DNA of 64,000 nt from Geosiphon pyriformis uo1 (Eukaryota > Fungi > Glomeromycota): contig JAAOMT010000082.1 of NCBI GenBank assembly GCA_016748015.1, forward strand, positions 110,857-174,856. Reading direction: 5' to 3'. A program made the position numbers and the translations under genes. This document shows positions 13,511-25,400 of the stretch, one piece after another. A model generated the notes under the pieces. That model was not told where the DNA came from. It worked only from the letters and a program-made list of their open reading frames with translations, and ran no database searches. Position 1 is the stretch's first letter. Every line of letters begins with the position of its first letter.

Positions 13511-14331
13511 ATAGGCTCAGAAACTTACAACAATATCAAACAATATTTGGGGACACTTATCCTACCAGAAAATTGGGTTTCAAGTAAAAAACATTAATTA
13601 CAAAACCAAGTAAAATAATATTTTATCTATCACAACAAAATTTATTACCAAAATCACAAAAACCCAACCAATTTATTCAGATTAGTACAAAAAAATAAAA
13701 AATAAACAATCTTGTATAATATGCATATTGACTTTTTATGAACATATTTAGAAAAAAATAGTATCATCCAAAAAATACTTGAACATTATTTTTGGCCTTA
13801 AATGCAAAAAAACATTTGACAGTACATAGAATTATGTGATAGTTGTCAAAGAAGAAAAAGAATACACTCCACTGAACTTTTAAATCCAATCAAAGTTGGA
13901 CAATCTTTTAACAGTATAGGAATTAATTTAGTTAAACCACTATCTATTACCATTCAAAGAAACCATTATATTGCTGTTACAATAGACTATCTTACCAAAT
14001 GGTCTAAAGCCAGAGCTATTTAACAAGCAGATGCAAAATCAGTAGCAAATTTTATCTATAAAGATATTATTTGTAGACATAGATGCTCAATTAAACTTTT
14101 ATCTGATTAAGAAACACATTTTGTAAACAACTTGATACAAAAAATTTGTGAACAATTCAATATTAGAAGACTTCTATTATTATCTTATTATCTCTAAATA
14201 AATAAATTTGTAAAATGTTTAAGCCAGACATTGTGTAAATTACTAGTCAAAGTTTTAACTAATTTTAAGTAAAAATAGAATATTTTTATTCCATTAGTAT
14301 TACTAATTTATAAAACACTAAAACAAAATAC
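13511..14331 (+). pseudogene. B integrase, N-terminal part (continues 31030 to ~31594)
   Basis: ACAACA-ATA (decayed ATG)-GSETYNNIKQYL; CDSCQR; IDYLTKW; split by C1. Confidence 0.8.
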
Positions 14332-15081
14332 TGTTATGGTTAAAACCTATACTTCTTATTAATTATCACATATATTAGCCACTAATATCATATAATTAGC
14401 CACTTTATTTTTAGATAGTGATTATTAATCTGATCAATGACTTAACCATTGACCTGATCATTAACCTGATCATTAACCTGATTAATAACCTGATCATTAA
14501 CTTGATTATTGATCTGATTATTGACCTAGTTGTTGATTTGATTATTGATCACTTTTGATAGCAATATAAGCAATAAATTTCTTAGCTGTAGAAAAACATA
14601 TCAGAAATCAAAGAAATTAAATAAATAAAATAACAACTTTCATCTCAATTCTTCTCTTCTCACTAATTTTTTTTTTTACCTTCAAGTATCTGAACATCTT
14701 AAAGATAAAAGATTACTTATTGGTTATTTCTTACCTTTTTCCTAAAACATGTAATTGCAGCATTTGAAATTATTGAATAAAATGTAATTAAAAAGTACAT
14801 CTAATATCTGATATTGAATTCTAAGAGTGCTGATATAAGGCATAGAATTATATCAGTGTATGATCATTTATTGACAGTATGGACTATCTCTCTACCTTCA
14901 GATTTTCCAGTTATTTTTTGAAAAGTATAGTGACTAAGATATTTTATGAAACTGATCTCACACATTGAATTCATACTTATTCAATTTGCTCTTTGAAGTT
15001 GAATTCTCTTTTATTCCTTTCATTACTCTACAATTCTGTTTTTTTTTGTTATCTGTTAACTTGTTATTCCAACCCATAACA
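14332..15081 (+). repeat. C1 5' LTR with 12-bp tandem array (TTGACCTGATCA)
   Basis: Matches 30298-31025 and 54129-54854; array at ~14425-14550. Confidence 0.9.
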
Positions 15082-15133
15082 TAAAAATAGTGTTCCTTGT
15101 GAGGTTGTCAAAATCTACTCTGTTTCCTATTGT

Positions 15134-16681
15134 ATGGGTGATTATTTATATTTGCTACAACAATCAGAAAAATACTTTAAAGCACATAACAAAAATAATC
15201 TAGACTTTATTAAACTCAATCTTTTGCTCTTCTGCTTAATTTGCTTCCCCATTGAAGAACAATCTAGCAGACAATTCCAAGACTTTTGAAACTGGTTCTT
15301 GAACAAACATTCAGCTGAAACCTACACAGCTTATACAATCTATTACTTTGACCAAGCTTATTTTAAAGACAACTTTGAAGAAAGAAACAACAATATCAAT
15401 CAGCTTTTATATTCTACAACCTTTGAACAACAGCCCCCTGATTTCGAATATTTGAATCATCAAATCTACATTTGAATTGCTGCCCATCAATCAACTGAAA
15501 CTCCTCTTAAAACAGAAGAAGAAAGCTACTAAACCACTCCTGTTTTTGATCTTTTATTAAATAAATTAGACTCATCTACACAAACAGTTATCCCTGAACT
15601 AATGGCTTAAGACCCTATACAACAAAACATTCTGATTGCCTTTCAAGGCATACAGACTGCTTTAGAGTAAAGAAACAATATCCTATTATCATTATTTAGA
15701 AATGATACCCAAGATCTAATTAAATGGTTGGATGATTTTGAAAGAGCTGCCACAACCAACCAATATGATAATAAGTTTCAAATTGTTGGTGGCTACTTTC
15801 AAGACTTTCCTGCTACTTGGTTCTCACAAAAAACTAATGCTGGTGCTCACCAAAGAATTATTAGATAGACATTGGCAAATGCTGGAGAAGATAACACTTC
15901 TTTTACAATCTGGTTTGAAACTAAATTTAAAACTCCTATCTTAATTTCAAAATGGCATATGGAATTAGAAAAAAAAATTCAAGGCCTTAGTGAAGTTGTA
16001 ACTGAATATGCCAAAGCAATCAGAAAGTTAATTAAGTGAATAGACTCTGAAAGGAATTAGACAGAAGAGCAAAAGATTTATTCCTTTATAAAAAGATTGA
16101 GAACTAATTTTTCCTATGTTTTTTGGCCCTTCTTAGTCTTAAAAGATAATTCCATAATAGATATGGCTATTAAACTTGCCCAGAGAATAAAAGACAATCA
16201 AAAAATGCACCTAGAATTTACTCTTTTAGTATTTGCTTCTACTCCTGTTATGACTTTTGCTCTCCAAATGGCTGCTATCTTTTTTGCTGTCCAAACTCAA
16301 GATCTAAATGAATAATTAATAGATAGGCTTACAGCAAATCTTGTCTGGCTATTGGAACCTTTGGCCCAAGCAGTTAGAAAGAATCAACAATTCCAAAGAC
16401 CCAGATTTGAATTCCACTTCAATTAGCCTCAACAACTACTATATCAAAGACAGCAAAATTGTGGCCTATCTGTGTACTATTGCTATAAACTAACTAGACA
16501 CTTCTCAAGAAATTGCAACAATTCTCTATTGTCCCCTCCAGCTTCTAGAAATAATGACACTCAGAATAACAGACCCAACAGTAATAATGTTCTCAATCAA
16601 AGATCCAATCATGCCAACATCAATTTCTTTGGAGAGAATCCTCTAATTGAAGCTACTGTTTATTAGCCTTTAAACTGGTAG
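15134..16681 (+). pseudogene. C1 gag
   Basis: MGDYFIF start; capsid-like WLDDFERAATTN; decayed CCHC knuckle at ~16475; gag-frame stop 16679-16681. Confidence 0.75.
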
Positions 16682-19343
16682 GTGCATCTCCAAAAAGTGA
16701 GAGTACAAGCCAACCAGAAAAAAACCCCTTTTATACTTTTAACCTAATTAATAATGATCATGATATAAAAAAACTGGCAATCAATATCTCTGACTTAACA
16801 AGAAAGAAAAAAAAAGCCAAGGTTGATTTTGCTTTAAATTCTAACAAAGTCTCAACTTCCACTACAGACAACAATAAGCCACCAAAGGCTAAAGTTATTA
16901 AAAATCCTCCAAAATTGGAATCTTCAGAAATAGTACAAAAATCTGGTCCTTATTTTGTTGTTAAAGATCTCATAAAAACTTCAGCACACATTACATTTGG
17001 CCAACTAATGATCCATCCACAGTTCAGAAAAGATTTTTACAAATTATTGATACCAAAAACTAACAAGTGCCCTTGTCAAGCTGGATTTGTTGATAATAGC
17101 AATGTTACTCTTCTGATTTGCAAAGCCCAAGTAGCTGGCTACTTTATTGATTTGATCCTAAACAGTAAATTATCTGTTAGTGTAATTGCCAAACACTTTC
17201 TGAAAGCCATTGGAAGAAAAATTGATGAACTTTCTACCCAGTCTATAACTAATATACATGGTAACAAAAAGAAAGGTCTGGGTATAGTTAAAGCTATTCT
17301 TGTTTGCATCAATAATATCAGCATTAAAACAGATATGAAAGTATCTAAAACAAAAAAGTATATTATAATTGTTGGTAATGAGTGGCTTAAGAAAGCCAAA
17401 GCACTACTTGACTATGAACTTTGTGAACTAACCATCAGATGTGGTGAAAAACCCATTGTGGTTAAATGCTGTTATTGGACAACTCTTCTAATAACCAAAC
17501 AAAACCAAGAAAAAGAACAATTAGATAAATTAGATAATAATAAGAGTAATGATGAAGAAGATTAAAAAAAACAAGAAGAAACTGCTAAACTTGTCTATAC
17601 TATCTTCACCAGCAATAGCAAGCCACTAAACAATGTTAAAGTTAACAAAGAAGGAATCATGGTAAATGACAAGCTGATTTGCTGGCCTTACTATAATATC
17701 CTCAGAAAAACCTTTGACAGAAAACCTGGCAAGAAAGCCAAATACAGTTATTGGTGATATGGTCTTTGTGCATAGTGCTGGTGTAATAAATTTTTGTATT
17801 CACCAAGTAATAAATGCAAATTCTGCCTGATCTATTACAAAAATTGGGAATCAATTAGCTTGATATCTTGAGAAAAACTTAAAGAAGTACAAAAGTTCTT
17901 TGAAAATGAACCACCTGAAATCCAATTACTAGTTGTAAAACAAAGAGAACTTTCCTTTGAAAAAGAAAAAATAGACATTGAAAATCTGTTGGCTGGAAAT
18001 AGCTCAGTTATTTCAAAAGAAAATGACACCTCTGGATGAACCCATGTAATACAATACACTATTACCACCAAAGAAACTTGCCTCATCCATTTAAAGCCTT
18101 ATCAATTCAATTAACACAATGATAAGTTTATCAAGAAAAAGATAAACCAGATAAAAGATCTTAGATTTATACAAAAAACCAAGAGTGAATGGGCTTTCCC
18201 AATTGTAGTGGTATCCAAGAAAGGTAGAATTCTACACTTCTGTGTCAACTATTATCAATTAAATGCCATTACTATAAGAGACATATACTCACTCCCCAAA
18301 ATTGATGCAATGCTAAATAAATTCAATAGTGCTGTTTTCTTCTCAACTATTAACTTAACTGCTGGATTTTGGCAAGTAGAGATAGATCCAAAAAGCAGAA
18401 AAAAAACTGCTTTTATTACCAAGTATGGCATCTATGAATTTACAGTCATGTCTTTTGGTCTTACCAATGTCCCTCCCACTTTTCAACACCTAATGGACAA
18501 AGTGTTTGAATCAGTAAAAGAAAACTTTGTTTTGGTTTATTTGGACAATACAATGGTATACTCAAAAACCTGAGATAAACATCTTAAACACCTGCAAAAA
18601 GTTTTTGACCTCCTTAGAAATGCTGGCCTCAAGATAAACCCAATCAAATCTTTCTTTAGACACCAATTCACCCAGTTTTTTGGTTATTTTATTACAAAAG
18701 ATAGAATTTTCCCTGACCCAGTTAAAGTAAAAAAGTTCAGAACATTAGACAACCAATGAATGTTTCTGAACTATGCTCTTTCCTTGGTTTGGCTTTTTAT
18801 TATTGCAAATTTATCAAAAATCTCTCCAAAATTGCCTTTCCACTCAATCAGCTACTCAAGAAAAATGTCAATTATCACTGAGGTACTCATTAACAAAAAG
18901 CTTTTGAAATTCTGAAAAAAAAACTTGTTACTGAACCAATTCTCAAGCAACTTGACTTGGACCAACTTTTTATTCTCCACACTAATACATCTGACTATGA
19001 ATTTGGTACTGTTCTATCACAAAAAGATAAAAATAATAGAGAACATGCTATAACATATGCCAGTAGATTTCTTACACCCACAGAAAAGAACTATTCAGTA
19101 ACTGAACAAGAATGCTTAGCAGTAGTTTGGGCTACTAATTACTGGGATCAATATCTTTTTGGTGCAAAATTCTTAGTGGTAACAGATTATTAAACCTTGG
19201 TTTGGCTATGCAATAAAAAAAAGCTAGAACACAAATGGATAACTTGCTGGATACTTCACTTGGATAAATTCAACTATGACATTCAACACCACAAAGGAGC
19301 TAATCATCAAAACGCCAATGTTCTTTCCAGACTCACTATTTAG
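16669..19343 (+). pseudogene. C1 pol (PR-RT-RNaseH), in the -1 frame relative to gag, no dUTPase
   Basis: LILNSKLSVS (PR); HFCVNY; SFGLTN; VYLDN; LHTNTS; ends LSRLTI*. Confidence 0.82.
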
Positions 19344-19411
19344 TAATAGTACAACTTTTTTAAACCAAACCAACTTAATTATTAGTAACTTCTCTTTTGA
19401 CAAACACGATA

Positions 19412-20718
19412 ATGAACTTGAACAACTATTCTGCCTTAATAGAATTTTTGGATAAAGGACAATACCCACCAGAATACATTCAATAGCAAAGAGAACATTT
19501 GCACAAACAATCAAATTTCTATTTGATTTGCTAAAACCAATTATATAAAAGAAACAAAAAAGATTCTGACCATCTCCAAAGAGTCTTAAAATTTAAAAAA
19601 AAAAAATTGTGATTTATAACATGTATACTAATTCATTAGCTGGACACTTTGGAAAAACAAAAACAATTTAGAAAACCTTAACTCACTATTATTGGTCTAC
19701 CTTGGGAAAAAACATTGTTGAGTACATAAAAACCTGTAATATCTGCCAAAAAAAAGAAAAACCCAATCAAAAAGAAGATATTCATTCAATCTCTGTTGGT
19801 CAACTATTTGACAGAATTGGTATAAATGTTGTTGGACTTTTAACAATAACTCCTGATGGCAATAGATATATTATCACAGCTACTAACTATCTTACAAAGT
19901 GGGTAGAAGCAAGAGCCACTCCAGACCAAACAGTAGTCTTAATAGCCAATTTTATTTATGAAGATATCATTTGCCATTATGGCTGCCTTAAAGAGCTTTT
20001 ATCTAATAAAAGAAGAGCTTTTCTCAGTACACTGGTTGAAAAACTTTGTAGAAAAATGGGAATATGTTATAAACTTTCTTTTCTTTACCACTCTCAAACA
20101 AATAGCTTAGTGGAACGTTTTAATAGAACATTATGTGAAACTCTAGCTAAAACCAGTGAAAAAACAAACTTATGAGACAAAGTACTGCCTTCAGCTTTGT
20201 TTGCTTATAGAACTGTGAATTATGACATAACAAGTTATGAATCTTTTTATCTACTCTATGAATACATAACAATATTACCAATAGAAACTAATATTGAGAC
20301 AATACTCTTTGAAGAAATCACAATAAAAAATTACAAAGACATTTTGCAAAGAAAACTTGGTACCATTCTTGACTTTTTGATAAAAACATAAATAATTGTT
20401 TTTGAAAAGATAAAACAGTTTCAAGAAAAGCTCAAAAAGAAGAAAACTTATAAAACACTTTTTTTAAGTGTTAATAACTTAGTATTGGAATACCATTCAG
20501 ACAGAGACAATGTCTATGGTAATAAATTCTCTAACCAGTGAAAAAAACCCTTTATAGTCAACAAAGTTTTAAACAATGGTTCTTATATTTTTCAAGATCA
20601 ATCCAGAACAATCTTTAATGATTGTTCTGTTCATAGTATATGACTCAAGAAATATTATAAACAGTCTGATTAATTGTTTGTTGTACTAATACTGACCCAA
20701 ATGATTAGCAGAAATTAA
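19412..20718 (+). pseudogene. C1 stand-alone integrase ORF
   Basis: Start MNLNNYSALIEFL; LAGHFG; CNICQ; IGINVVG; LVERFNRTL. Confidence 0.82.
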
Positions 20719-20728
20719 GTATAAATAA

Positions 20729-20875
20729 ATGCACTATTCTCAAAACAGAGGTATCTTCAATCAACATGAACAATTATTTTCTGGATTAAAATATTTAAAA
20801 TGCCTTCTATACTCTTCATGAGTATTGAATCAAAAACTATTCAAATGCTACTTTAACTATTGGAAAACAGACCAT
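20729..20875 (+). pseudogene. C1 ORF3, N-terminal part (continues 29782 to ~30290 after A2)
   Basis: ATG 10 nt after the integrase stop; reading continues after the A2 TSD as ITDNSRTHTVIRPK...LLESITAAIL. Confidence 0.55.
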
Positions 20876-21742
20876 TGTTACGGTTTAAAAATTTAGCAAA
20901 AAGAATCATAAAAATAATACAAACTATTCAATCATAATATAGCACAGTAATAATCTTAGAAAGGTAATGATTAACATAGTAGCAAACACCATCTCGCGAT
21001 AGTGGCAAGCACCAGTTCACAATAGCAGCCAACACCAACTGGTGATAGCAGCAAGCACCAGGTTGAAATATCAAAAAGAAAGTATTTTCTCGTAGAACTA
21101 CAAACATGTATATATACAGTAGTTTTAATATTGGGAAAGCATCAATCAAGTAATAAAAATCATACCTTATCAAGCAATAGATCCAATTTTATCCAACAAA
21201 CTCCACTTTAAATCATACTTTCAAATTAAATATCCCAAGAAACCTTTAAAATCAAAAAGAAATGAAAAAGAATATTTAAAACTGAACTATCACAACCCAA
21301 AGTATTAAGAAACTTACTTGTATTATTTATTGAATGAAACTATCATTCATCAACTGAATCCCTTGGAAGAATAATCCTTGATCAAGATTATTCACGTTGT
21401 TACTAATTGATAAAAGCTTTATTGTGAGAATTAGAAAAGCGCTAAAGGCCATTAACCTTCTGTGTTTCTAGATTAGAGAAAGACATCAGGCAATTGCAAG
21501 GATAGCCTCAGAGAAGACCCCAGACAGTGGGTAGATTTCAGTTCAGCCTCTGAGAAGGAGTACATAAACACACACAACAATCAAGAATTAAAGAATAACT
21601 TACATTGCAACAGTAAAAAGAAAGCCTTCAGTGTAACAAGTAACCTTATCACACAAATAGAATTGAGGAACTCACGAAAGACTGATTGCAATTAAAGTGG
21701 GATATCAGCAATTAAATATAACAAGAAAACCATCCCGTAACA
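20876..21742 (+). repeat. A2 5' LTR
   Basis: Near-identical to 29007-29777; TATA at ~21109; AATAAA at ~21152. Confidence 0.93.
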
Positions 21743-21744
21743 TT

Positions 21745-21761
21745 TGGTGAACCCTACGAGG
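21745..21761 (+). promoter_or_regulatory. A2 primer-binding site
   Basis: TGGTGAACCCTACGAGG, 2 nt after the LTR. Confidence 0.75.
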
Positions 21762-22405
21762 AAAGAAAATCAAAAAGGAAATAATAATTAGCAATAATTC
21801 ATTGCTAAAAAGGAAAAGACAAAAGTGGCAACAAAAACCCCTAATCTTACTGTTCTTGAATTCNNNNNNNNNNNNNNNNNNNNACTTACCTTAATATACC
21901 AGAAAACCTGATCATCGGAAACAATGACGGTAGAAACATAAACAGAACCAAGAATTCCTCCAAATTGAGCCAGACAATACCACCAGCAGTTGCCACCGAA
22001 GATAGCAGCCTCGCAGCTATTTTTCCTTTTGAATTAGAGGAAAACGAGGCTATGTTCAGTGGAGCAGCATTGGACGAAAAACGCCCAATCACTGCTATGT
22101 ATACGGAAGCCACTGTAAACAATACCCCAATCAAACTTATCTTAGACAGTGGATCTGCTGGAAGCATCGTAATGCTTCAACTAGTAAACCAACTGGGTTT
22201 CAAAGTTGATTGTGTCATAACATCCCAAATCATAACAGCCAATAGAAGTACAAAGCTGCCTCATGGTGAAATCGACTCATTCCCTTTCGAAATTAACAGC
22301 ATAGTAATACCTACAAAAGTATTAGTAATAGACACTACACAATATCAAGTGTTAGTAGGGAATGACTGGCTAACAAAAGCCAATGNNNNNNNNNNNNNNN
22401 NNNNN

Positions 22406-25400
22406 TCTGAATCAGAATCCGAAAAAGAGACCAGCGAAAAAACAATCACAAGACCAGTCACTGGAACAAGCAGCCAGTCCAGAAACCAAGAAACTCGTGA
22501 TTAAGAGGAAGAACCAGATATAAGGGAAGCCACCTTTAGGAATGCTCAAGGAAATATCATCCCACCTCCTCTTAGACCAATAAACCCACCAGCAGAAAAT
22601 GGCAACGAAATGACCACACCATACATTGCAAGACTAACAGATTTCTCAGGAGAGGAAGAAGAAACGGACGTGCACACATGGCTCAGAGAAGCACAAAAAG
22701 CCATCCAGGCAAATAACTGGAACGACCAAAGAGCAATTCAAACATTACCTTTCTTCTTGAAAGGCACAGCCGACTCGTGGTATCAAAGCCTGGAAACAAA
22801 ACCCACGAGCTTCGCCGAATTTAAAAATGCACTCCTGGAGTATTTTAGCAACCCAAATGCCGTAATCCAACTACAGAACGAATTCAATACTATCAAGCAA
22901 AATACCGGTGAAACTGTCACCCAATACCTTGCTCGATTCAATCGAATTTGCCGTCAGATTGAAGCAATTGAACAAGGATACTACACTGATCCTTAGGTTT
23001 TAAATCAGTTTATTAGAGGATTAAAAAGCAGCATTTTAGGAAGAGTACGCCCTGCCCACCCTAATTCCTTACCAGAAGCCGTTACACTCGCCAGAGCCCT
23101 TGAATCGGCTGAAAAAGAAGCTAACCATAGTCAAATGGTTAACATGGTAATGGAGGAAAATAAGACAGAAACATTAGAAAAAAGAGTAACGCAATTAGGG
23201 GAGAAACTTTCTAAGAAAATAGAAAGTTACCTCATCCCGGATCTGAGAAAAAATACATACCAACCACCCCAAAGACGCAGCCAGGAAGTCAGCGACAGTC
23301 GAAATAATCGCTCGTCGCACCAGGAATTCAGAACAGAAACACACGCCTGCCATTTTTGCAAACGCGTAGGACATTTGATTAGTCAATGTCGAATGTGAAT
23401 GATGCAGGAAGCACGTGAAAATAATTACTACACGCCACCCCAAATGCCCTGAAACCAGTATATGCCAATACCACGCCAATATTCCACCACGTATCAAAAT
23501 CAAGGAGCTTACCAGCAACAGCCCATGATAGCCAACCCGAATTGGCGTCCTGAGGCCCGAAATCAGCCCATGTGGAACCAGAACGCGTTGGTCCAGAGGA
23601 ATCCAAACCGCACCGGAACCAATCAGCAAACCAATCCAAACTACCAAAATTATCAACAAACTTACCTTAATATACCAGAAAACCTGATCATCGGAAACAA
23701 TGACGGTAGAAACATAAACAGAACCAAGAATTCCTCCAAATTGAGCCAGACAATACCACCAGCAGTTGCCACCGAAGATAGCAGCCTCGCAGCTATTTTT
23801 CCTTTTGAATTAGAGGAAAACGAGGCTATGTTCAGTGGAGCAGCATTGGACGAAAAACGCCCAATCACTGCTATGTATACGGAAGCCACTGTAAACAATA
23901 CCCCAATCANNNNNNNNNNNNNNNNNNNNNNNNNNNNNNNNNNNNNNNNNNNNNNNNAAATTAACAGCATAGTAATACCTACAAAAGTATTAGTAATAGA
24001 CACTACACAATATCAAGTGTTAGTAGGGAATGACTGGCTAACAAAAGCCAATGCCACCCTAGACTGGACCACCCAAGAGCTTCTGATCAATTATAATGGC
24101 CACCAGGCCAAAATTCCAGCCACCTGTGGCCACTTCCAAAAACCCAGCGCCAACCAAAGACCTACCTTCGAATTTGAGGAAAATCCAGCACTACCAGCCA
24201 TCGAAACCTATCAGCTCTCTCGGGCTGATGACCAAAGAACAGGACTACCAGCCGTACCAACGTGGACCAGCGAAGAAAAATCTGAATGGAACCAGGTAAG
24301 TTCACGAAGAAACCACCAGCGACACAGACCAAAGCTAGAATGCTCGGTTTGCAAGAAAAAACTCTCGTCTATGACTGCGTGCAGCGCACCGGACAAAGAC
24401 CCAAGAAATCTCACCCACTACTATTGTAACCGTTGTAACAAAGAAAAATACGGTTACCCAGAAAGACACGGAAAATGGGACGAGGAACCATGCCTCGCTT
24501 GTGGAGAACCATTACCAAGAGGGTGCGACTGGAACGACTTACCAGGCAGAGGAGGAACGTGTGACGCAACTTGCCAATACATGATCCTCATCTGTGACTA
24601 GGTAAGAGGAGGAACGCCATTCGAAGCAGCGTTCAACAGAGCGTTAAAAAAACTACAGCACTACCCACACGACAAGGATGAGTTGTACAACACCGCACAA
24701 GCCAAAGTAAGAGAAGGAACCGCCGAAGAAATACGACGTTGGAAAGAGTCAGCCAAAGTAGCCGATGAAGTCGCCAGCTACAACATGTTCGACCCAGTGG
24801 ACAAATTCCAAGACTACTACCAACAACTATGCCCCACTCGACAAGAGCAAGAACAATACCTTGCCCAAATCAACACTTACCTCTGCGAAAACTGTCTCAT
24901 CCCGTGCCAAAGTCAGTGCTGTGAAGAGTGTCAAGACAAAAGGGACTTAGAAAGAAAAATGGAAATTGAGAATCAGCAGTCTCAAAATCAATCAATAAAT
25001 CAACAAGACTCACCTGACGGTCCCGAGTCAGAAAAATTTGTAGCCTATACCGACCTAGAACAGGTGACCGACATCTGATACTTCGACAACGGGCACTTAG
25101 GAATAATACCCAAAAGAGCCCATCCAACCGACGCCGAATTCAATCTACGTTATCCGGAAGACCAATCCACAACGTTACCACCCAGGAGCATCACCAAAAT
25201 CGACCTAAAATTAGCGGTTAAAATTCCGCCAGGAATAATGGTTCAAATGGCGTCGCGATCAAGCCTCGCGAAAAAAAGAAATAAGCGTTCAAGGAGGAGT
25301 AATTGACTCCGGATACACTGGAAATTTGATGGTTTTGCTACAGAACAATTCAGAAAAGCCTTATACCATTGAATCTAAGGAAAAGATTGCACAAGCAATT

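Noticed and set aside
14425-14550. CRISPR-like or satellite arrays (12-, 23- and 40-bp repeats)
   Set aside because: Head-to-tail units with no unique spacers and no cas genes, all inside LTR U3 regions.
21884-22385. Apparent second protease placed upstream of gag in A2
   Set aside because: Identical to 23660-24054 where both are visible and bounded by N gaps on both sides; a misplaced contig rather than a real domain order.
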